A DNA stretch of 64,000 nt, taken from a virus. Shown piece after piece: positions 9,063 through 18,523 of this stretch. Below the pieces are notes generated by a model, which was not told the origin of the DNA, did not search any database, and worked only from the letters and a program-made list of their open reading frames with translations. Location of the stretch: the IMG/VR virus record IMGVR_UViG_3300042383_000546, positions 1 through 64,000 of that record, one strand, 5' to 3'. Every line of letters starts with the position of its first letter. Positions within the stretch are counted from its first letter, which is position 1. A program made the translations under genes and the position numbers.

Positions 9063-9920
9063 TTAGTCTAAAAGGAACTTACAATACTCAGTCATCTTAT
9101 CAGCGTCAAAGTCATTATAGTGCTCTTCAAAGTATAGGTAATAGTCAGCATAAACCTTCTTAATTTCCTCTTCTGAGTAGATTCTAAGCGGTTTGTCGGC
9201 TATGTCCTTAGAGGCTGCTTTATGGTTGTTAAAATTATCAGGGTTGTCTATATCCCCGCTCTGTTTGTGGGGTGCATCCATAATATCCCCGTCATTCCAA
9301 TTAAAGCAATAACTAGGTATACAGTCATCGTCATTTTCAAATAATTCGCCACTATCCCTCATTTTAGTATACCAACCTAGCCCTTCTTTGCCTGTTTCAA
9401 GCAAATAGCCATACTCTCTTACCTTTTTGATGTCAGCCACTATTGAAGCCTCCATAGTGTTCCTAACGAGCCTTAAATTGCCCCCGCTGTAAAAAAATGA
9501 ATAGGCAGGTTTGAAACTAGGTAAACCCGTCTGCTCAATCTTGTCTATTCCCTGTCTCATGTAATGTGGCAAATACACATCGTCATCGTCGAAAGTCACA
9601 ACGTAATCACCACCCGCAAAAACTAAAGCATCCCTTCTGATTGCTCCAACATTTGTGTAAGGTTGTTTAGTTACTGAATCTATGTTTTCGTTTACAATTA
9701 TGATATTATTGTCTTTAAGTACAGCAGCTTCATAAGGGTCATATAAGTGGTGGTTTGTGGGAAGAATAGTTGTATAAGGGTGCTCTACATCTGTATTATA
9801 GATTATTAGCTCTTTGTTTGGATAGTCCTGAGCTAAAAAACAATTCATGGCTCTTTCAACGCACTTAAATCTTCTGTAAGTGCACATAACTGCTGAAACT
9901 TTTGGTAATTCTTTAAACAT
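9063..9920 (-). CDS. glycosyltransferase family 2
   Basis: VSAVMCTY..., FLAQDYPNKELII, FDDDD (DxD). Confidence 0.85.
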   Translation of the reverse strand: MFKELPKVSAVMCTYRRFKCVERAMNCFLAQDYPNKELIIYNTDVEHPYTTILPTNHHLYDPYEAAVLKDNNIIIVNENIDSVTKQPYTNVGAIRRDALVFAGGDYVVTFDDDDVYLPHYMRQGIDKIEQTGLPSFKPAYSFFYSGGNLRLVRNTMEASIVADIKKVREYGYLLETGKEGLGWYTKMRDSGELFENDDDCIPSYCFNWNDGDIMDAPHKQSGDIDNPDNFNNHKAASKDIADKPLRIYSEEEIKKVYADYYLYFEEHYNDFDADKMTEYCKFLLD

Positions 9921-10602
9921 CTGTGTAGTTTTTAGGGTCTTTATGTTGTTTCGTGTACTGTGTGGTTACTCTTTCTCCTATGTTATCTATGTAGTATTTT
10001 TCCTCTTCATCCAAATTATCTAAATCAATATAAAAAGGTATATGCTTACAAATAAAGTCTTTTCTAGCTACTCTTAAAGACCTGTAAGTGTTGTCTCCAA
10101 TATTTCGCATCAGAGCAAAAGTGGTATCTGTATCTGCAGTAAACACATTTGGCTCAACCTCTTCAAGCCACCATCTACCTTCATTTCTGATTACTTGATT
10201 TTTATATCTATAATGGTTTGGTAAGTCATCTATGCTGATTGCTAAAGCTACTTTGTTCATTTCGTACTTCTGTAATAGATTGTACATTACTAGTTGGTAG
10301 TCATCAGGCATATTTTCGTTAAGCTCCAAATCAGAATCTGTATAAATAAAATATTCACCTAGCTCTTTGTAAATGGCTGTAGACCAAATAGCTAAGTGTC
10401 CCTCATTTTTAAGGTATCTTATATCTACTTTTTTATCAACTTGTTTATACCAATCAATTAAGGGTTGATAGCTAGACTCGTTATCAAGAATGATTATTTC
10501 TTGTTTTGGATTTAGCATAAAAAGGTGCTCCACCATTTTTTTTGTAGTGGTCAGCCTGTTTCTATTGTTAATAACTATTGGGAACATCTTAGGCAAAGTC
10601 AT
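9913..10602 (-). CDS. GT-A fold glycosyltransferase (GT2-like)
   Basis: IIILDNES, YTDSD (DxD), DTTFAL. Confidence 0.75.
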   Translation of the reverse strand: MTLPKMFPIVINNRNRLTTTKKMVEHLFMLNPKQEIIILDNESSYQPLIDWYKQVDKKVDIRYLKNEGHLAIWSTAIYKELGEYFIYTDSDLELNENMPDDYQLVMYNLLQKYEMNKVALAISIDDLPNHYRYKNQVIRNEGRWWLEEVEPNVFTADTDTTFALMRNIGDNTYRSLRVARKDFICKHIPFYIDLDNLDEEEKYYIDNIGERVTTQYTKQHKDPKNYTDV

Positions 10603-11098
10603 AATTTACAAAATATCCATAGTGGTCATCCCCGCATAAATATTTCATTTGGGGGTATCTTTCTAAAAAGATTTCTTTGGTTAAATCAGGCTGATGGTGT
10701 GTTTCATACACATTTTCGAACTCAGTACCCTGAACATATAAATAAGGCACAGCTACCAAGCAAAGTTTATCTTTTGCAGTAATTTTATCTAGTAAGTTTT
10801 TAGCTTGAATAAATGTCATGTGTTCTAATACATCACCCATAATTAGATAGTCATAACTATCAAAATCAAACTCCAAAATGTCACCAAAAATTAGTTTGTT
10901 GTACTTACTCTGCAGGTCAAACATTTCTGCATATTTCGGGAATATTTCGATTCCGTCCATGTTTGGAAAGTCTGCTTTAAGCAAATGACTATAAGTGCCA
11001 CATCCTGCACCTACGTCTAAAATACTTACTGAATTTTGTACATTTTTGATGAAATGGTCTTTAACTACGTCTTTGAATAAACCGTAACTGTAAGGCAT
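10589..11098 (-). CDS. class I SAM-dependent methyltransferase
   Basis: ILDVGAGCG, GDVLEH. Confidence 0.85.
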   Translation of the reverse strand: MPYSYGLFKDVVKDHFIKNVQNSVSILDVGAGCGTYSHLLKADFPNMDGIEIFPKYAEMFDLQSKYNKLIFGDILEFDFDSYDYLIMGDVLEHMTFIQAKNLLDKITAKDKLCLVAVPYLYVQGTEFENVYETHHQPDLTKEIFLERYPQMKYLCGDDHYGYFVNYDFA

Positions 11099-11107
11099 AT
11101 TTATGTT

Positions 11108-11338
11108 TTAAATTTCCCATTTATTTAGCGGACAGGCTTGTATACCCCTTGGGCTGAAGACCTTTCCTTTTGTAGCACATCCGCACTCAGAACAGTATGA
11201 AATAGCAGCATCTACCCACTTATCACACTCCATACAAGTCTTTAATCTTATGGCTGCAATTTCTTTTTGCTCTTCGGTAGGATTTACCATAGTAGCATAA
11301 GATTGTATGATTTCTTTTATTTTGGCTATAGTAAACAT
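11108..11338 (-). CDS. small Cys-rich protein (DUF6171-like)
   Basis: RLKTCMEC...CSECGC..KGK...CPLNKW. Confidence 0.7.
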   Translation of the reverse strand: MFTIAKIKEIIQSYATMVNPTEEQKEIAAIRLKTCMECDKWVDAAISYCSECGCATKGKVFSPRGIQACPLNKWEI

Positions 11339-12303
11339 GATTTCTCTCCTATTGATTTGATAAACTCAAAGTATTTATAGCCACACTTATCTTTTAAATA
11401 TGTTTCACATTCATGTAAGAATGGATATTTAATCATAAATTCTGCCTTGTAAAAATGTGTGTCTGACATATTTGAAGTACAACCTGCGTTGTGGTATATA
11501 TAATTTTCATCCCATTTTTCAATAGTATCTGTAGCCCATGCAAAATTTAGTTCAGGAATTATATTTGTGTTATATCCACGCATCCAAGCATTCCATGCAA
11601 TAGCCCACATATCAGAACACCAAATTTGTAATTCATGGTGTGTAGGGTCTGCAATTTTCTTTTGCATATTTAAAGCGGTAATATCTTTGAAGAGCTTTTC
11701 GCAATCTTTTTCTACTTTGTCCCAAAATACCCAATCAACTCTTTTCATTAAGTATTGAGCACCACCTGCCTGATTTTCTCTGTTTCTTACTAATTCAGGA
11801 TGTATACCAACTATTTCGCACATAGCATTTAACACATCGTCACCTTTTGACTTTACATAATTGTAGCCCAAATAACCTATTGTATCTGATACAAACCAAT
11901 TAGTGTCATCCTCACAAAGTGTATGTACAAATTCAGGGTATTTTGTAAATATGATGTCGCAATCATGGTAGAAAACACACTCTTCCTCAAGCTGTGGATA
12001 TTTCTTGAAGTGTTGTTTTAGCACATTTGGTCTAATAGACGAAGTATAACTGAATGGATAAACCCTTGTATCTGTGTAATAAAAAAAGTCGGCAACATCT
12101 TTATAACGCTGCTCGACCTTATTCATAATATCTAATTTGTCCTGAAAATCGGACTCGTTTGTATTGTAAGCTATCAGAATATCAATCTGATTATTCTCGT
12201 GTATACCTAAACTTTTAAAGTTTTCTAGCATAACCTCTACCTGCCACGCAAAATAGGGTATAGCAGGTTGTACACACATAAATGTTACATTCTTTTCCTT
12301 CAT
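11326..12303 (-). CDS. GT-A glycosyltransferase resembling plant protein O-glycosyltransferases (HPAT/SGT1-like)
   Basis: YHDCDIIF (DxD), GGAQY, WCSDMWAIAWN, IYHNAG; ACCATG start at 12303. Confidence 0.55.
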   Translation of the reverse strand: MKEKNVTFMCVQPAIPYFAWQVEVMLENFKSLGIHENNQIDILIAYNTNESDFQDKLDIMNKVEQRYKDVADFFYYTDTRVYPFSYTSSIRPNVLKQHFKKYPQLEEECVFYHDCDIIFTKYPEFVHTLCEDDTNWFVSDTIGYLGYNYVKSKGDDVLNAMCEIVGIHPELVRNRENQAGGAQYLMKRVDWVFWDKVEKDCEKLFKDITALNMQKKIADPTHHELQIWCSDMWAIAWNAWMRGYNTNIIPELNFAWATDTIEKWDENYIYHNAGCTSNMSDTHFYKAEFMIKYPFLHECETYLKDKCGYKYFEFIKSIGEKSCLL

Positions 12304-12353
12304 GGTTCTTTTTTTTATTAAAAATCTTCCCAAATATATGAAACCTTATTTTA

Positions 12354-13355
12354 TTAACAAGGTGTTTCTGTAGTTAATGTTCCATTACCACTTGTAATTA
12401 ACCAATTGTTTGTACCATCAGCGTAGTAGTTATTAGGAGCTAAAGCACTTAAAGCACTATCTTGATACAATACAACTCCATTAGCAAGTGTTGGTACTGC
12501 TGCATAATATGTTACAGGAGCTATACCAAACTCAAGACAAGCATTTGCACCACTAACACCATCAACTCCTAAAGGAAAACCATAAAACGATGCAGTAGTA
12601 GTCGTTGTGGTTGTACTTGTTGTCGGTGGCTGAGTTGTAGTAGACGTAGTTGTACTTGTTGTCGGTGGCTCAGTCGTAGTACTTGTTGTCGTACTTGTTG
12701 TCGGTGCTACCGTTGTCGTAGACGTAGTTGTACTAGTCGTAGGAACTACTGCCGTTGTGGTAGTGGTAGTTGTACTAGTTGTAGGTACTCCTGTCGTTGT
12801 GCTAGTTGTTGTACTAGTAGTAGGGACTCCCGTAGTCGTACTAGTTGTTGTACTAGTTGAAGGAATAGTAGTGGACGTTGTGGTCGTACTTGTAGTAGGA
12901 ACTCCCGTAGTCGTACTAGTTGTTGTACTTGTTGAAGGAATAGTAGTGGACGTTGTGGTCGTACTAGTTGTAGGAACTCCCGTTGTTGTGCTTGTAGTTG
13001 TACTAGTGGTAGTACCTGTTGCACAATCGTTTATATTGCCGTATACGTTTGTATCGTCTTGAGTAAATAAATAGTTTACAGAAGATATAATTTCAGTACA
13101 GAAAAAGCCAAACCCTAAAGAGTTTAGGGCTGCTAAATAAGAAGTTAAAGAATTGGCTGTATAAGAGAATTGGTATGTAGCACCATTAATTACTATACTT
13201 CCTGTTCCACATGACAAATCTATGGTTTGAATATTCCATGAATACTTTGTAGTAGCATTAATAGAATATATGTTCCTTTGCAGTAAGGGAACATTAATAT
13301 CACAATCTGTATTGTTTTTAACACTGAACTGTACTAATTCTTTTTTCTGTGCCAT
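12354..13355 (-). CDS. mucin-like Thr-rich virion surface protein
   Basis: beta-rich N-domain, ~140-aa TTSTTT/P linker, Cys-bounded C-domain ending in PC. Confidence 0.7.
   Translation of the reverse strand: MAQKKELVQFSVKNNTDCDINVPLLQRNIYSINATTKYSWNIQTIDLSCGTGSIVINGATYQFSYTANSLTSYLAALNSLGFGFFCTEIISSVNYLFTQDDTNVYGNINDCATGTTTSTTTSTTTGVPTTSTTTTSTTIPSTSTTTSTTTGVPTTSTTTTSTTIPSTSTTTSTTTGVPTTSTTTSTTTGVPTTSTTTTTTTAVVPTTSTTTSTTTVAPTTSTTTSTTTEPPTTSTTTSTTTQPPTTSTTTTTTTASFYGFPLGVDGVSGANACLEFGIAPVTYYAAVPTLANGVVLYQDSALSALAPNNYYADGTNNWLITSGNGTLTTETPC
12826..12975. repeat. 75-bp tandem duplication within the Thr-rich linker
   Basis: gaaggaatagtagtggacgttgtggtcgtact at 12859 and 12934. Confidence 0.8.
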
Positions 13356-13358
13356 GTT

Positions 13359-13856
13359 TTATTCTTGGTCAATTAGGTAATTGCAATAGTCATCAAATAT
13401 CTTCACTCCTTCTGCATTTTCAAGTTCCTCAAAGTTATTGTCTCCGTACTGCTCCAAATCTCCACCCATATATTCAATTAGAGCAAACATTTTAAAATAT
13501 ACTAGCTCTTGAGCGTATAGATTGAATGTTAATGAAGAAAACCCGTCAAAAATAATTTCATTAGGACTAGTTTCATAGTAAATGGCAGGTTGGTCTTGGT
13601 ATGGGTCTATTGCAAAAGCTAAATAGCTGCTCATTTGATTACCTGCAGAGTCAAAATGGGTGTAGAAAAATGGTTGGTTGATTTGCTTATATGTCGAAGA
13701 TGACAAATAAAAGAACTCAGAACCATATACATACGTTCCCAAACTTTGCATTAACTGACTATACGTTATAGTTGGTGTACTAATTGAACTGCTTGGTGGT
13801 GAAGCTGATACCATTGGCACTAATGCACTAGAAATAACTGAAGGTATTAAACCCAT
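13359..13856 (-). CDS. paralogue of the candidate capsid protein (minor capsid protein?)
   Basis: shares QxxQP, DxxGNQ, IDPYQxQ and DGFxxLTF with 43695..44393. Confidence 0.6.
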   Translation of the reverse strand: MGLIPSVISSALVPMVSASPPSSSISTPTITYSQLMQSLGTYVYGSEFFYLSSSTYKQINQPFFYTHFDSAGNQMSSYLAFAIDPYQDQPAIYYETSPNEIIFDGFSSLTFNLYAQELVYFKMFALIEYMGGDLEQYGDNNFEELENAEGVKIFDDYCNYLIDQE

Positions 13857-13858
13857 GA

Positions 13859-14188
13859 TTACATTATTTTATTTCCCTTTAAATCAGCAGCAAACAATCT
13901 TCCGCTACCTTTATCCTTATGAACTCTCATTCCATATTCTTTTGCAAATTCTGCGTTCATATCACCTAAAAAAGATACTGATTCACCTGCTTGTTGTGCA
14001 GATTTATAAGCACTTAGCACTACAGCAGCATTTTTTACTTCCTCTTCAGTAGGCTCAGATTTTGATTTAGAGCTAGAACTTGTCTTTTTAGTAGAAGACC
14101 CACCAATAGGCATAATTTTCTTTATAGCCCAATAAAATAGGAATCCACCACCGAATATTAAAAGCAGTTTTTTTGTATTAGTATTCAT
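13859..14188 (-). CDS. small membrane protein, N-terminal anchor
   Basis: KKLLLIFGGGFLFYWAIKK. Confidence 0.7.
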   Translation of the reverse strand: MNTNTKKLLLIFGGGFLFYWAIKKIMPIGGSSTKKTSSSSKSKSEPTEEEVKNAAVVLSAYKSAQQAGESVSFLGDMNAEFAKEYGMRVHKDKGSGRLFAADLKGNKIM

Positions 14189-14553
14189 TATTTACCGTAT
14201 TTTTTAACTAGAAAATATACACCAACAATAGCTAAAATACCACCTACTAAGTATACAGTACCCATTTTGATACCGCCCACAAAGTCACCTTGTAGTCTTT
14301 CTTTTTTGCTTGTATTTAAAATGTCAAGTGTGTTATTAGTTTCGTTAGGTGTCACAACACCTTTCTTTGACAATAAATCATTTAATACACCTTGTAGCTT
14401 GTCAGTATTCTTTTTTAACAAGTCCATAGCTGCTTGACCATATTGACCACTATTTATAGCGTCTGATACCTCGTTTAATTCAGCTTTTATCTGATTTACT
14501 AAAACGTCTTTTTTTTCAGGGGTCAATATTTGACCTTTTTGAATATCTGCCAT
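14188..14553 (-). CDS. small membrane protein, C-terminal anchor
   Basis: YLVGGILAIVGVYFLVKK. Confidence 0.7.
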   Translation of the reverse strand: MADIQKGQILTPEKKDVLVNQIKAELNEVSDAINSGQYGQAAMDLLKKNTDKLQGVLNDLLSKKGVVTPNETNNTLDILNTSKKERLQGDFVGGIKMGTVYLVGGILAIVGVYFLVKKYGK

Positions 14554-14554
14554 A

Positions 14555-14911
14555 TTATTTATTTCTATTTATAAGACTTATAGTTAGTCCACCCACAACT
14601 ATTAAACCGCCAATACCCGCCACAATATACATAGCCTTTTTGGTTTTTTCCTTTTCTGCTTGTACTTTACCCAAAGCGTCAATTCTAGCAACATCTAGTT
14701 TACCTAGTGTATCAGCTAAAATCTGCTGTCTTGCTGCCTCACTATTAGCTTCAATTAATTGCTTGTTTAAAATAACTTTTTGGTCATAATCTAGACTTGC
14801 TAAGTTCTGTACGAACTTGCGTCTTTGATTCATGTCCTTAGTATTTGCTATAGCACTAACAATGCCTGTTAAAGCACTAGCTACTGCTGTTCCTGCTAAT
14901 ATATAACTCAT
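14555..14911 (-). CDS. coiled-coil membrane protein, C-terminal anchor (paralogue of 15344..15730)
   Basis: RKFVQNLASL...EANSE. Confidence 0.7.
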   Translation of the reverse strand: MSYILAGTAVASALTGIVSAIANTKDMNQRRKFVQNLASLDYDQKVILNKQLIEANSEAARQQILADTLGKLDVARIDALGKVQAEKEKTKKAMYIVAGIGGLIVVGGLTISLINRNK

Positions 14912-15339
14912 TCTGCTATTTTTTTGGTGTTATTGATAAACGGGTTCTCATGTTTTTCTATTATCCTGTCCTCTATTTCTTGTAAATCTTCAGTATTACT
15001 TGGGTTTAAATGATATGTTGTCCAAACGCAATCTTCAACCACATATAAAACCCTTCTAGTTCCCGCTTGGGTTATTCCTGTATAAGGAGCTTCATATTCT
15101 ACCCATTCACCTGCATCAATACAAACCATAACTCTACCTTTTGAAATGGTAAAAGGATGTTGTGTTTTATGTATTTTACTAGTGATTAAAGAACCTGCAG
15201 CCATAGTAATTTCTCTGATATACATACCGTCAGTAAACCTATGCTCCAAAGGGCATACGATTTGCTCTTGCTCTAAAATCAGAGCTTCAAGCTCGTCTAT
15301 TTTTAGGTCATTCGTTCTATGTAGTAATTCTGATGTCAA
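14908..15339 (-). CDS. cupin-like phage protein
   Basis: HRFTDGMYIREI...SKIHKTQH...GTRR...WTTYH. Confidence 0.7.
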   Translation of the reverse strand: MTSELLHRTNDLKIDELEALILEQEQIVCPLEHRFTDGMYIREITMAAGSLITSKIHKTQHPFTISKGRVMVCIDAGEWVEYEAPYTGITQAGTRRVLYVVEDCVWTTYHLNPSNTEDLQEIEDRIIEKHENPFINNTKKIAE

Positions 15340-15343
15340 ACTA

Positions 15344-15730
15344 TTATTTTTTAACTATGTATGCTATAATGCCGATGCCAACTAAAATAAAAGCACCCGC
15401 TGCTATATATGTGTTTGTTCTAGCTTTCCTTTCTTTTTCACTAACTGAAGCAACTAACAAATCAATCCTTTTTGTTTGCAAATTAGTCAGCACGTCTCTG
15501 ATTATTTTAATTCTTTCAGTTTCGTTATTAGCCTCCATAAGTGCTCTATTCAAAGCATCTTGTTGCTCTAAACTTAAAGTAGCTAAATTTTGAGAGAATT
15601 TTCTTTGGAGGTTCGTATCACCTATACCCGTAATAGTAGTAACAGCAAGAGAGGCTACTTCGCCACCTGCTTGTATAGCTGCAGCAGTATTTGCTGCCTG
15701 TGATGCTCGTAATGCTGCTTCTTGTGACAT
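15344..15730 (-). CDS. coiled-coil membrane protein, C-terminal anchor (paralogue of 14555..14911)
   Basis: RKFSQNLATL...EANNE. Confidence 0.7.
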   Translation of the reverse strand: MSQEAALRASQAANTAAAIQAGGEVASLAVTTITGIGDTNLQRKFSQNLATLSLEQQDALNRALMEANNETERIKIIRDVLTNLQTKRIDLLVASVSEKERKARTNTYIAAGAFILVGIGIIAYIVKK

Positions 15731-15733
15731 AAC

Positions 15734-16210
15734 TTATTTATTACTAATTTTAAAAGGGTCTTGTCCGTAATAGTATGAGCCAAATGGGTCATTTTTTGGT
15801 GCAGCTAACAATTTAGGTAGATATTGGGTTTTAGACCAAACTAAACCTCTTTTTGCAGCTATTGCATCAATTTCAGCTAAACTATCTACTTGAGTTTTAC
15901 CTGTAACAGATTTAAGTGCATTTTGAGTTTCAGTACCGAAATCACCATCTGCTCCGAATTTAGGGAGTTTATCTGTACCAATAGCAAGTTGTAAACGCTG
16001 AACTAAAGCACCTTTAGAGCCTTTTTTTAGTGGGAATGTACTTGCAGTTGCAGTTGTACCGCCTCCGCTAGAAGTAGTGCCTCCGCTAGAAGTATCAATA
16101 TTACCTTGACTATCCATTACCGAAGGTGTCTTTTTCATAGACCTGATAATGTAATAAATGCCTACAATACCAAGAGCAATCGGCAACCAATATTTTTTCC
16201 CCTTAACCAT
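15734..16210 (-). CDS. membrane-anchored peptidoglycan-binding domain protein
   Basis: N-terminal TM; LKKGSKGALVQRLQ...GADGDFGTETQNAL (PG_binding_1 pattern). Confidence 0.8.
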   Translation of the reverse strand: MVKGKKYWLPIALGIVGIYYIIRSMKKTPSVMDSQGNIDTSSGGTTSSGGGTTATASTFPLKKGSKGALVQRLQLAIGTDKLPKFGADGDFGTETQNALKSVTGKTQVDSLAEIDAIAAKRGLVWSKTQYLPKLLAAPKNDPFGSYYYGQDPFKISNK

Positions 16211-16275
16211 ACAATTAAAATTTAGTATAAAAATAAATAAAATTACCTACATACAGCATTTTTCCGATATTAAAT

Positions 16276-16312
16276 AAAAAAAATAGCCCAATTTCCGAAG
16301 ATTTTGGGCTTT
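16276..16312 (-). terminator. probable intrinsic terminator after the sulfation operon
   Basis: agcccaa...ttgggct stem with an A-tract (U-tract on the minus strand). Confidence 0.55.
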
Positions 16313-16333
16313 TGTATGGGGGGAATGGGTATT

Positions 16334-16555
16334 TTAAGTCTTTTTTCTTTCTTTGAGACCAAATTTAATGTATTTATACCAAATTCGCTCATGAATATAA
16401 TACTGAATAGGTTTATATAGTAATTCAGCTACTCCAAAGGCTGTTCCAACCTTTATTGAGCCACTAACCCACCACATAATCAAAAACCCGATTAATGTGC
16501 TCAAAATCCTATAAGATATGGTTTTAGCCAAATGTCTTTTAGCCGATACTTCCAT
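16334..16555 (-). CDS. DUF2061-family membrane protein
   Basis: RHLAKTISYRIL...YYIHERIW. Confidence 0.85.
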   Translation of the reverse strand: MEVSAKRHLAKTISYRILSTLIGFLIMWWVSGSIKVGTAFGVAELLYKPIQYYIHERIWYKYIKFGLKERKKT

Positions 16556-16925
16556 TATGTAGCTGTTTAAGTTGTTCTCTGATTTTAGTCGCTGAAATTT
16601 CTGCTATTTCGGGTGGAACTGATAACTGCTCTACTTTATAGCCAACATCACGACCATAGTACACCCCTTCAATGTCAGGTATAATCTGAACTAGCATCAT
16701 ACCCTTATCCATCCATTCACTTGTTTCAGGGTCAGTAAAAAACATAGTCATAACCTGCTGTGCAGTAAATGGGTTCTTTTGGTCTGTTGGAACGTCCCTT
16801 ATTCCTATCAAAACAGGTACACCTTCGTTTATTTTCTTTCTAAATAAGTATTTGTGCCCCTCGTGAAGACTCTGATACCTTCCTATGAAAAGAGCATATT
16901 TCTTTGACGCATTCTTTGATTCCAT
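16539..16925 (-). CDS. HIGH-motif nucleotidyltransferase (cytidylyltransferase-like; candidate minimal ATP sulfurylase)
   Basis: FIGRYQSLHEGH, KNPF, ISATKIR. Confidence 0.75.
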   Translation of the reverse strand: MESKNASKKYALFIGRYQSLHEGHKYLFRKKINEGVPVLIGIRDVPTDQKNPFTAQQVMTMFFTDPETSEWMDKGMMLVQIIPDIEGVYYGRDVGYKVEQLSVPPEIAEISATKIREQLKQLHNGSIG

Positions 16926-17337
16926 TATTTGTAGTATTTAATATTAATAAATTAGACATTTCAAATTCGTTAGGTATGTCAAAATCTTTTACATGAAAAG
17001 ACTCTCTGCCCCTTATATCACTATATTGTAGGTAAACCCATACAATCTGACCTTTACAAAGCTCTTCTAAATATTCTCTAGCTTCTTTGATTGGATAAAC
17101 AGCACTTACGATTACTTCGTAGTACTTGTTATTCATAAAAGTTGCTATGTCGCTTATCTTTTGTAAGTTCTTTATTCTCCCTTCTTTTGAAAAATCTTTA
17201 TTCTTAAAAAGCTCTCTAATATCGTCTCCGTCTATGATTGGGGTGGATATGCCTCTTTCTAAAAATAGTTCTGATTGAACCTCTTTTGCTAGTGTTGTCT
17301 TACCACTGTGAGGCTGTCCAAAAATTACTGTTATCAT
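16840..17337 (-). CDS. cysC: adenylyl-sulfate (APS) kinase
   Basis: GQPHSGKTTLA P-loop; IDGDDIR; FSKEGRIKN. Confidence 0.85.
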   Translation of the reverse strand: MITVIFGQPHSGKTTLAKEVQSELFLERGISTPIIDGDDIRELFKNKDFSKEGRIKNLQKISDIATFMNNKYYEVIVSAVYPIKEAREYLEELCKGQIVWVYLQYSDIRGRESFHVKDFDIPNEFEMSNLLILNTTNNGIKECVKEICSFHRKVSESSRGAQILI

Positions 17338-18152
17338 TTTGTATATCTAAATTGTTCGAAAAACCATTTATAATTTTCAAAAATCCATGCTGTAACGTCC
17401 TTACCTAATAATTGCTTTGCTTTAGAAGGTACAGGCTCTAGTTTAGTTCTGATTACATGGTCACCAAACGTACCATAAACCTCGTCATCTTCTTTTGTGA
17501 CTTGTTCTATGTTATCAAAATCGTGTTTGTAAAAAGGTATATCTAAGTATTGATATATTCTTGTCATTTCAGTATCAGGATATAAACATAAATCCTCAAA
17601 TTTTACAAAGAGCATTTTACTATCTATTCCCATTCTAAATATCTCTGAAAGCCTTTCTATTGCTAGACCTACAGGCTGTCCTGCAGCCCATATATCTACT
17701 CTTTTTGGAACGGTTGTACCTTGTCCTTTAGCCCAATCGAGAATATCGGATTGCTTTTCAGGATGCTTTCTAAAATTGTTTTCCATTGATGCAAAAACGT
17801 CCCTTAAATCCCGAACCATGCAAATGATTTTAGGATTGGGATAAAATGAGTTTATAAAGTCATAATGTATGCCATGACCTCTACTTTTATCCATTACATA
17901 TTTCTTATCTGTAATTGCATTAAAATAACCAAATGTGCCTTCTTTGCAAAAAGATAAAAATGCCTTTTTCATAAGCTCTGAATCTTGAGCTATGAACTCA
18001 GGAGAAGTTGTATAATTGGCTCTAGCTCCATACCATAGCTCTAATACACCGCTAGTCGGGGTTGCATAAATATCAGGGTTTTGAGCTAGTAAATTTTGTA
18101 AAATTGTGCTGCCACTTCGGGGTAGTGAGCTCTGAAAGAATAATTTTTCCAT
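17334..18152 (-). CDS. PAPS-dependent sulfotransferase
   Basis: SLPRSGSTIL 5'-PSB loop; DKSR; VRDLRDVFAS; KFEDL. Confidence 0.9.
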   Translation of the reverse strand: MEKLFFQSSLPRSGSTILQNLLAQNPDIYATPTSGVLELWYGARANYTTSPEFIAQDSELMKKAFLSFCKEGTFGYFNAITDKKYVMDKSRGHGIHYDFINSFYPNPKIICMVRDLRDVFASMENNFRKHPEKQSDILDWAKGQGTTVPKRVDIWAAGQPVGLAIERLSEIFRMGIDSKMLFVKFEDLCLYPDTEMTRIYQYLDIPFYKHDFDNIEQVTKEDDEVYGTFGDHVIRTKLEPVPSKAKQLLGKDVTAWIFENYKWFFEQFRYTK

Positions 18153-18523
18153 TATTTATAAGATTTTTCTTCTACGATTTCGGAATGATATTTAGTATTA
18201 ATAGCTTTTTTAACCAAAGCCCTTTTATCATTGAATTTGTATACATTTCTAGCAAGTTCAATAAAATCAGCACCAAAGTCTTTTGACCTTTCGTGTGAAC
18301 GCTTAGAGTTCTCTATTTCCCAAAGAATGAGGTTAATCTTATATAGCTTCTTAAATTCTTTCGTAGACGCATATTCTTTGTCTAGCTTGTGTGCTATTTT
18401 GCAGAGGTAATTGTACTCTTTTAGTACGTTGTGCAGCTTTTCGGGTTCGGTGATTCTGAACCTTTTAATTTCGAGAATGGTTATTTTATCAAATAACTCA
18501 CCCACGCTTACTTTTATGGTCAT
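18152..18523 (-). CDS. DUF6165-family protein
   Basis: VSVGELFDKITILEIK...LWEIE...ARNVYKFNDKR...EEKSY. Confidence 0.85.
   Translation of the reverse strand: MTIKVSVGELFDKITILEIKRFRITEPEKLHNVLKEYNYLCKIAHKLDKEYASTKEFKKLYKINLILWEIENSKRSHERSKDFGADFIELARNVYKFNDKRALVKKAINTKYHSEIVEEKSYK

Noticed and set aside
12746-13062. Val-rich and Gln/Leu-rich ORFs overlapping the Thr-rich gene
   Set aside because: Shadow frames of the Thr repeat.
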